Source of the DNA: an uncultured Planctomycetota bacterium
Lineage (GTDB): Bacteria; Planctomycetota; Planctomycetia; Isosphaerales; Isosphaeraceae
Reading direction: 5' to 3'
Length of the DNA stretch: 64,000 bases
NCBI GenBank assembly: GCA_963823665.1
Contig: CAWGMQ010000010.1
Location: forward strand, 2,336,001-2,400,000
Positions within the stretch are counted from its first letter, which is position 1. Every line of letters starts with the position of its first letter. Both the position numbers and the translations under genes were made by a program. Positions 57,080-64,000 of this stretch are shown here, piece after piece. The notes beneath the pieces were generated by a model, which was not told the DNA's origin, ran no database searches, and saw only the letters and a program-made list of their open reading frames with translations.

Positions 57080-57463
57080 TCATCTCAAGATTTCCGGCAG
57101 CGCCTGCGGTCTTCCTTCCCGGTCGACGCACGCGAGTGTCGAATGGCCCTCCGCCAGCAGCAGACCGTCGCGAAATACCTCGTAATGGTGCACGATCTTG
57201 ACGTGCGTCACCTTCGCAACTGTCGTCCGGATCGTCAGCAAATCGTCGTACTGCGCCGGCCGTTTGAACTTGCACCCGATATCGATGATCACGAGTAAAT
57301 GGCCGCTATCCTCGATCTCGCGATACGAGATCCCCCGCTGTCGCAACATCTCCGTCCGCCCCATCTCGAAATACACGAAGTAATTCGCGTGATGCAAGAG
57401 TCCCATGCGGTCCGTCTCGGCATAACGTACACGGACCGTCACGTCGTGGCTTTCGCTCGTCAT
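57080..57463 (-). CDS. Acyl-CoA thioesterase (YbgC/FadM family)
   Basis: VRVRYAETDRMGLLHHANYFVYFEMGRTE. Confidence 0.92.
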   Translation of the reverse strand: MTSESHDVTVRVRYAETDRMGLLHHANYFVYFEMGRTEMLRQRGISYREIEDSGHLLVIIDIGCKFKRPAQYDDLLTIRTTVAKVTHVKIVHHYEVFRDGLLLAEGHSTLACVDREGRPQALPEILR

Positions 57464-57508
57464 CAGATCCCTCGTCATCCGACTGCTCTTGAGCCCACCT
57501 ACCCTCAC

Positions 57509-58258
57509 TTACTTGCGGAGCGGCCGATCGGGCGTGCTCTCCACGGCCCCGATCACTTCCGGCTCTGAACCAGGCCGCGTGATCACCACAAGCGGATACG
57601 GGTCATACGGCCATTGCTCGCGATTGGGCACGCCCGGCCTGAAACCCTCAGTCACCCAGCGGCGGAACGTGGTCGGGTTGTGCGCGAGCTTGCCTTCGCG
57701 CAGCCAGTTCTCATATTGATCGAGATGCTCGGCCATTAACTTGCCGTCATTCACTCGCACGAACAGATAGCCGAGCGAAAACTGCGCACGGGCGTCCTCA
57801 AGCGTGCCGCCGGGGCGAAGCAGCTCCGCGAACGCCGAGACCAACCCGCTGCGCTCCGATCCCCATGCGCAGTGGATCAAGATCGGATACTCCGCGGTAT
57901 CGAGTGCGTCGACGAGCGCTCGCAACTGCGCGCGTGACATCCAGACGCACGACGACATGGCGATGTCGACCTGCGTTGCCCCTGCCCGGTTCGTAGTTTT
58001 GACTTCATCACGATACCAGGCTTCGCGCCGGTTCGAGCCTCGGAGGTTGAGTACAGTCTTGATGTGATTCTGGTGAATCGTTCGCTCGAGCGCATGCCGC
58101 GGCATCTGGCCTGAGCGATAGATCCGACCCGGCTGAACCGTCCCGAAATTATATGTAGCTTGGTCCCACGCCACGTACACGAACGGAACGGTGACAACCG
58201 CGACGACGATTTTCATCGTCCACGAAATCTTGCGGCCAGGCCGTCTGATCGTTCCCAT
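57509..58258 (-). CDS. Cys-based (PTP/DSP-fold) phosphatase with N-terminal TM
   Basis: NF..V.PGRIYRSGQ, IKTVLNLRG, HCAWGSERSG (CX5R). Confidence 0.85.
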   Translation of the reverse strand: MGTIRRPGRKISWTMKIVVAVVTVPFVYVAWDQATYNFGTVQPGRIYRSGQMPRHALERTIHQNHIKTVLNLRGSNRREAWYRDEVKTTNRAGATQVDIAMSSCVWMSRAQLRALVDALDTAEYPILIHCAWGSERSGLVSAFAELLRPGGTLEDARAQFSLGYLFVRVNDGKLMAEHLDQYENWLREGKLAHNPTTFRRWVTEGFRPGVPNREQWPYDPYPLVVITRPGSEPEVIGAVESTPDRPLRK

Positions 58259-58266
58259 TGGCTACC

Positions 58267-58869
58267 TCACCGCTCGTTGACAGCTTCGGGGCGAGTGCAC
58301 CGTTGCGACCGCGCGAACGCCTCGATCAGCGCCTTGTCGCCCAGATCTGCCGCCGAACCAGGCCGAGCCCACGGTAGCGCCGCGACAAGAGCCCACGCCG
58401 ATTCAGCCGCCCAGCCGGAATGCCGGATCAAGTACGCTGCGTGCGCCAGACTCGTTCGATGATGCCCCGCGACACAATGGAAGAAAACCGGTTGCAACTC
58501 GGGATCGGCCAGCAGATCCGCCGCCTCGACCATCTGCTCCAGCGTCGCGCGCGATCCCCGCATCGGCACAATCAGCCATGCCGCACCCGTCTCGGCAACC
58601 ACCTTCGCCTGTTCGATATACTTGGGATCGTCGTGGTTGATCGCGGTGAGCGTCACAATCGTCTTTACCCCTTCGCGCTCGATGATCGACCGCAGCGCCT
58701 CTGGCGTCTGCCATGCCCCCCGGATGATTCGCCCAGGCTCCACCACGCGCACCCGCTTCTCGCCCTTGCCGATCGCGCGGATCGCGAGAGCGGTGGACCC
58801 AGCCGCCATCATCACCGCCAGGGTCGCCATCACTATTACCAGCCGCCGTTTCACGCACTCGGCTCCCAT
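58267..58869 (-). CDS. Cys-based (PTP/DSP-fold) phosphatase with N-terminal TM
   Basis: VKTIVTL, PVFFHCVAGHHRTS (CX5R). Confidence 0.85.
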   Translation of the reverse strand: MGAECVKRRLVIVMATLAVMMAAGSTALAIRAIGKGEKRVRVVEPGRIIRGAWQTPEALRSIIEREGVKTIVTLTAINHDDPKYIEQAKVVAETGAAWLIVPMRGSRATLEQMVEAADLLADPELQPVFFHCVAGHHRTSLAHAAYLIRHSGWAAESAWALVAALPWARPGSAADLGDKALIEAFARSQRCTRPEAVNER

Positions 58870-58961
58870 CGCGACGACAAGCATTCGCCTACCATGCTCT
58901 TGCGGCGAATTCTAGTCGTATGCCGGCTCATGGCAATCCCAACTGCCACGCTTCCCTCCCA

Positions 58962-59654
58962 TCAGGCGCAACCATTCGTCGAACCGGGCATCCCAAGAGT
59001 CTCGACATACCGCATGAACTTCTGCGTGTCGCGCAGCGGCGGCCCGTGCCCGAAGCAAACGAGCCGCGGCTCCAGCGCCAGGAAGCGCCGGGCCGACCGA
59101 CGGTTCTCGATAGGATCGAGCGTGAAGATCGCCTCCGGCTCGCGGAGCATCACTCTGCCGTTCCAGATGTTCACGTTGCACAACACGTCGCCCGTGATGA
59201 GGGTGCGATCCTCCTCACGCCAGAACGAGACATGACCCGCAGTATGACCGGGCGTCTCGATCACCGTGAATGTGCCGATCTCGTCCCCTTCTCGCAGCCT
59301 CCGCGACACCGGGTGCGGCGGTCCCGTCCACAGCCGCCCGACTGTGCCGGAAAGCCAGTGCTTCGGCATCCGCGCCATGATCTCACCCCGCGTCTCCATC
59401 GCGTAAGCATCCGCTTCTCCACACCAGAGCGGTATCCCGAGCGCCTCGCACACCGCGTGGCTCGAGCCCTGGTGGTCCGGATGTGCATGCGAAAGAGCGT
59501 GCGCAGTCACACCGCGACTGCGTGCACGCCGCACGATCCGCCACGCATCGAATCGCGTCGCGGCGTCGATGAGCACCTTTCCGGCGATATACGCATTGAT
59601 CGCGTAGGGCGGAAACCCCTCCAGAACGAACAAGTCGTCGGTCAGTTGTTTCAT
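58962..59654 (-). CDS. MBL-fold metallo-hydrolase
   Basis: SHAHPDHQG, TPGHTAGH, GD, GHG. Confidence 0.9.
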   Translation of the reverse strand: MKQLTDDLFVLEGFPPYAINAYIAGKVLIDAATRFDAWRIVRRARSRGVTAHALSHAHPDHQGSSHAVCEALGIPLWCGEADAYAMETRGEIMARMPKHWLSGTVGRLWTGPPHPVSRRLREGDEIGTFTVIETPGHTAGHVSFWREEDRTLITGDVLCNVNIWNGRVMLREPEAIFTLDPIENRRSARRFLALEPRLVCFGHGPPLRDTQKFMRYVETLGMPGSTNGCA

Positions 59655-59796
59655 ACGAGTTCTCGTTGCCAGACGCGTGCACGCTGGCTTGAACACGCCA
59701 CGCGATCTTGACCAAGATCACCACGTTCGCCAGAATCCCACTCCAAGGAACAAAGCCTACACGTGCGACGGAACGCCTCGAGGGGACCGGAAGCCC

Positions 59797-61194
59797 ATGG
59801 ACAGAGCAACCCAGATCACGACCGGTGCGCTCGTCGGTCTGGCGATCATCTCCCGGATCGCCGCAGTTTGGATCTTGCAAAGCCACCACGTTCCACGAAG
59901 CACGTACGAGCACGGCGAAATCGCCGCAAACTTGCTCGCGGGCAGAGGGTTCACAACACAGTTCCTGGGCGCAGTTGGTCCCACCTCGCAGCAGGCGCCA
60001 GTCTATCCCGCACTCGTCGCTCTGGCATACGCCGCCGGAGGAGTCGAATCTCCTCGAGCATTGCTCCTCCTGCACTTGGGCCAAGCGATTCTGGGTGGTC
60101 TGCTCGTGCTCGGCGTGATGGACCTCGCCCGGTCAATCGCGCCTGGCCGGCCGTTGATCGCATTCTCCGCAGGGCTAGTCGCCGCGCTCCATCCAACCCT
60201 CGTCTACGCCGCCACTCACGTCCAGGTCGCACTGCTTGGCACCACGTTATTGATCTGGGCGCTCGCCGCCGCTTATCGAACCGGCATCGTCCAGAGCGTT
60301 CGCGCCGCCGTTCTCACCGGTCTGATCCTCGCCTTCCTGGCGCTGACCGACCCGATTCTAGCACTCGTCTTCCCGGGCGTCGCGTGGGCCGTCTACGCAC
60401 CGTGGGCCGGGCACGTCGTGCGCCGTCGGTCACTCGCGTTGGTGGCCGTCATCGCCATCACCGCGTCGGCCGCAGTCGCCCCCTGGCTGCTGCGAAACGC
60501 TCGCGTGCATGGCGAGTTTGTCGCGATCAAAAGCACGTTCGGTTACGCGTTCTGGCAAGGGAACTGTCTGCTCAGCGAAGGGACCGACAAGGTCGTCAGA
60601 CAATCGGTCGAAGAGACCCTCGATCGCAACCAGAGCACGCCAGGCTTCGAAGGGCTCAATCGCAAACTGTGGGAAGCGCGCCATCAGGCCGGCTACATCG
60701 ACGACATCGCCCTCTCCAAGCAGGACTATCTCCTCCTCGGCCGGGCCAGCGAGCCGGAGCGATCGCGCATCTTGTTTCGCCGCGCACTCGCCGAGCTCGA
60801 ATCCTCCCCCGGCCGCTACCTCCGGCTCTGCCTGAGGCGGCTGCGATATTTTCTCCTTTTCGACGAAACAAACCCCAAATCGAGGGTGACGGCCTACCGC
60901 ATTCCACACCTCGCTCTCTCGCTATTCGGCACGCTGGGATTGTTCCTGGCAGGATCCTCACTCCGGATGCGTTTGATGCCGACCATCGCAACCGCCGCCC
61001 TCATCGCCCTCTTCCACACCCTCACCATCGTCTCTGCCCGATTTCACATCCCGATTGAGCCCTTACTCGGCCTCTGGGCGCAGCCGGGCTCGCGCACGTC
61101 ATGGAAGGGTCGAGAAACTACCGCTCACTGCCTCGCACGCTCAACCTCTTCGAGCGAAGCCCGACGCGCCCGCATCGGAACCCGCGGACGGTGA
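59797..61194 (+). CDS. GT-C fold (family 39/ArnT-like) membrane glycosyltransferase
   Basis: IAANLLAGRGF, APVYP, PWLLRN, GY.FWQGN, RF..PIEP; many TM segments. Confidence 0.7.
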   Translation: MDRATQITTGALVGLAIISRIAAVWILQSHHVPRSTYEHGEIAANLLAGRGFTTQFLGAVGPTSQQAPVYPALVALAYAAGGVESPRALLLLHLGQAILGGLLVLGVMDLARSIAPGRPLIAFSAGLVAALHPTLVYAATHVQVALLGTTLLIWALAAAYRTGIVQSVRAAVLTGLILAFLALTDPILALVFPGVAWAVYAPWAGHVVRRRSLALVAVIAITASAAVAPWLLRNARVHGEFVAIKSTFGYAFWQGNCLLSEGTDKVVRQSVEETLDRNQSTPGFEGLNRKLWEARHQAGYIDDIALSKQDYLLLGRASEPERSRILFRRALAELESSPGRYLRLCLRRLRYFLLFDETNPKSRVTAYRIPHLALSLFGTLGLFLAGSSLRMRLMPTIATAALIALFHTLTIVSARFHIPIEPLLGLWAQPGSRTSWKGRETTAHCLARSTSSSEARRARIGTRGR

Positions 61195-61400
61195 AGAATG
61201 AAGCGCCCCGGTCCCGAACCGGAATCGCTGAGACCGCCGTCGCTCCCTCATCTAAGTCGTGAAGAAACAACAGCTTGGGCAATTCTGGATCACTCAACGC
61301 GGCTGCGAACAAAGGGAGCCGGTTGCACGAGCGCAAAACGGCGCGGAACCCCGGCGAGCGAGGAACCAGGACTTTGCCGCCCCCAGAACCACAGATTTGC

Positions 61401-61590
61401 GTCACATCCTTACCACCATTGGATTTAAGTGTGACGATGGAATAATCGGAACCCGGCGGTGTATCGCCGTAAACAACTGTTCGGCTGGTATTTAGGGCGT
61501 GACGATGGAATATTCGGAACCCTCGGATTTCAGATATAAAATATTGCAGTGACTAAAGTTATGGCGTGACGATGGAGTATCCGGACATTT
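61401..61590. repeat. Three-unit direct repeat array, 68/67-bp period
   Basis: GTGACGATGGA(A/G)TA.(T/C)CGGA at 61431, 61499, 61566 with dissimilar intervening sequence. Confidence 0.75.
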
Positions 61591-61644
61591 TCCCCGCGCT
61601 CCGCGTTTTTGGATCACAATCGCGCATTGTACGACCGCAAATCG

Positions 61645-62106
61645 TCACCCACGGTTCGATACCACGTCAAACGCGTCCGGATCAAACACCGGCTTGCCGT
61701 TCCTGGCCACGTGGAGCGACGATTCCGTGTCTTTCCGCACACGAGTGTGCATGTGAGCGAGAAATAGACTGGAGATCATCGCGATGGCGCCGATCATGAG
61801 CGCGCATCCCCACACGATGCCCATCACCGCAACCTCTTCGCCCTCGGGCGACGGAAAAGAGAGTGTGGTCACAACGGCCGCGATCACCGCGGTGATCGGC
61901 ACCCCTGCTCCCACGGCCGCGATGCTCGCGCCAAGCTGTGCAGAAGGCGCCGGCACGCCCAGCTCGATGGCTTGCATCCGCTCCTTGTGTTGCCATTCCT
62001 TCTGAAGCGTCCGGTGCTTGAGAATCATGATTATCGGCACCAGCACGATGGGCAGCATAATGCCCAGGATCGGAATCCACAGAGCGTTGATCTCATGCAT
62101 CGTCAT
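61645..62106 (-). CDS. Membrane protein, DUF6249-like
   Basis: TM + HKERMQAIELG + 2 TM; ends KPVFDPDAFDVVSNRG. Confidence 0.7.
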   Translation of the reverse strand: MTMHEINALWIPILGIMLPIVLVPIIMILKHRTLQKEWQHKERMQAIELGVPAPSAQLGASIAAVGAGVPITAVIAAVVTTLSFPSPEGEEVAVMGIVWGCALMIGAIAMISSLFLAHMHTRVRKDTESSLHVARNGKPVFDPDAFDVVSNRG

Positions 62107-62175
62107 TGCCACCGTTGTTGATGAGTATGTTGCCTGTGTTCCTGCCACGCCAGGCTCGAACAGCTCGGCCGGGAG

Positions 62176-62646
62176 TTACCCTCTCGAACTGACCACATCG
62201 TACGCGTCGTCTTCCACGTGTGGCTTCGAATTGCGATAGGACGCGAAGCCCTCGCTCTCATCGCTCGACGCAAACTTCTGGAAGGCCCCGCCAGCGAGCA
62301 CCGTGCCGCAAATCACACTGCCAAGCCCGACCATCCCGGCCGCGATCCAGATATCCTTGTGGAATCCAACGACCAGATTTGCCAGGAACGCACAGAGGAA
62401 CACGCCCAGCGGAACAACTGCACCGATCAAGACCGCGATGATGTGCGGCACAACCCATTGAGGAATCCCCGAAAACCAGAATTTGTTGTCCCCGGGATAA
62501 GGTCGACCCACTTCGATTGCCCGCATGCGTTCGATATGCTCCAGCTCGCGTTTCCGCCGCTCGCCGCGGAAATGCAGAAAGAACGGCATCATAACAGCCG
62601 CAGACAGAAACAACGCAAAAAGAGCGGCGACCTCACCAGCTTCCAT
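62176..62646 (-). CDS. Membrane protein, DUF6249-like (paralog of the adjacent gene)
   Basis: AAAGGAAGG RBS; HIERMRAIEVG; ends KPHVEDDAYDVVSSRG. Confidence 0.7.
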   Translation of the reverse strand: MEAGEVAALFALFLSAAVMMPFFLHFRGERRKRELEHIERMRAIEVGRPYPGDNKFWFSGIPQWVVPHIIAVLIGAVVPLGVFLCAFLANLVVGFHKDIWIAAGMVGLGSVICGTVLAGGAFQKFASSDESEGFASYRNSKPHVEDDAYDVVSSRG

Positions 62647-62767
62647 CGAACGCCTTCCTTTCTAGAGCCGGGCCACTCCCTCGCCCGCAGCCGACGCATC
62701 GTGGTAAGTTGTCGGCTCATCTTGGGCGAATCGGGATCGAGATCTTTCTCTTCAGGAGCAGACCCTG

Positions 62768-64000
62768 ATGACGCGCGACCATCTGTTGGTTATCGACCAG
62801 GGAACAACAAGCACCCGGGCGGTCGTATACGACAAAACGCTCAGACCGGTGGGACAGAGTCAACTGGAAGTCCTACCAACCTATCCTCGGTCCGGCTGGG
62901 TCGAGCACAATCCCGAAGCGATTCTCGAATCCGTCAGATCTCAGGTCCCCTCCGCGCTTGCCGCCGCCGGGTTGGCCCCCGACCGGCTCGCCGCCATCGG
63001 TCTGACCAACCAGCGCGAAACAACCATCATCTGGGAGCGGAGCACCGGTAAATCGATCGCGCCGGCCCTCGTCTGGCAAGACCGCCGCACGGCGGATGCC
63101 TGCGCGGCCCTCAAAAACCGTCAGGCCGAGATCAGCCAAAAAACAGGCCTGGTGATCGACCCCTATTTCTCCGCAACCAAAATGGCCTGGATCCTCGATC
63201 ACGTCCCGGGGGCTCGCCCCCGTGCCATGTCCGGTGATCTGGCAGCCGGAACCGTCGACACGTTCCTGATCTGGTACCTCACCAAGGGCGTTCGATTCGT
63301 GACGGACGCGACCAACGCTTCGCGCACCCTGCTCATGGACCTCAGGCACCTGCGCTGGGCAGACGACCTCTGCACACTATTCGGGGTTCCTCCGCAAATA
63401 TTGCCCGAGATACTCCCAAGCTCCGGCGAATTCGGCAAGACCTGGGGCCTTGATTTTCTCCCCGATGGAATCCCGATCATGGGCGTCGCCGGCGACCAGC
63501 AGGCGAGTTTGATCGGCCAGGGTTGCGTCGGTCCCGGACAGGCCAAGTGCACCTTCGGCACAGGTGCCTTCCTGCTGGCCCACACCGGCGGACGCGTCGT
63601 CCCCTCACGCCGGGGACTGATCACCACGCTGGCCGCCACCTTCGACCAATCTGCCCCCCAGTACGCGCTCGAGGGAAGCGTTTTTGTCGCCGGCGCCGCA
63701 GTCCAGTGGTTCCGTGATGGCCTCAAAGCCATCGGCGCCTCCCCAGACATCAACCCGCTAGCCCTCGAGTCAGACCCGGACAACGAGCTCGTCTTCGTCC
63801 CCGCCCTCACAGGCCTGGGCGCTCCACACTGGGAGCCGGCTGCCCGCGGTGCCATCTTTGGGCTCACCCGCGCCACCGGCGTCGCCGACCTCGCCCGCGC
63901 CACGCTCGAAGGCGTCGCTTTCCAGGTCGCCGATCTGATCGATGCCATGACCGAAGATCTGGGTTCTCCCCTCTCGGATATCCGCGTGGACGGCGGCATG
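62768..64000 (+). CDS. glpK: Glycerol kinase (3' end beyond window)
   Basis: Own translation: LVIDQGTTSTR, GLTNQRETT, WQDRRT, DPYFSATK, TDATNASRT, GDQQA, AKCTFGTG, VPALTGLGAPHW, VDGGM. Confidence 0.95.
   Translation, partial: MTRDHLLVIDQGTTSTRAVVYDKTLRPVGQSQLEVLPTYPRSGWVEHNPEAILESVRSQVPSALAAAGLAPDRLAAIGLTNQRETTIIWERSTGKSIAPALVWQDRRTADACAALKNRQAEISQKTGLVIDPYFSATKMAWILDHVPGARPRAMSGDLAAGTVDTFLIWYLTKGVRFVTDATNASRTLLMDLRHLRWADDLCTLFGVPPQILPEILPSSGEFGKTWGLDFLPDGIPIMGVAGDQQASLIGQGCVGPGQAKCTFGTGAFLLAHTGGRVVPSRRGLITTLAATFDQSAPQYALEGSVFVAGAAVQWFRDGLKAIGASPDINPLALESDPDNELVFVPALTGLGAPHWEPAARGAIFGLTRATGVADLARATLEGVAFQVADLIDAMTEDLGSPLSDIRVDGGM

Overview
GC-rich bacterial chromosomal window, most consistent with a planctomycete (Isosphaeraceae-like). 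This is inferred from the DUF1559 prepilin-like gene, ECF sigma/Ser-Thr kinase pairing, spdEFG1-type EF-G and a 'LEAKLLLS' extracellular-protein N-terminus. It is mostly housekeeping and envelope genes: clpC, htrA, an rlmN-like radical SAM gene, fusA, greA, a sod, glpK, a TolC/adaptor/ABC efflux operon, MMPL and a keto-acid decarboxylase. Many genes between about 14 and 54 kb are split by apparent small indels, probably uncorrected long-read errors, so frameshifts are not treated as real pseudogenes. Accessory content: a REP-associated tyrosine transposase (RAYT) with an in-frame TAG, flanked by inward-facing REPs whose relatives recur at 21 and 36 kb; several other REP-like palindrome families; a stack of toxin-antitoxin genes and remnants between two ECF sigma genes; and a truncated class A beta-lactamase-like gene. 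Best leads: an unexplained three-unit 67-68 bp phased repeat array (61.4-61.6 kb) downstream of two paralogous membrane genes with a shared C-terminal motif; candidate attenuator leaders before fusA and greA; and an 'NALKHG' protein whose C-terminus is built from REP-derived and duplicated segments. No rRNA, tRNA or cas gene was seen. All annotation is by eye; no database searches were run.
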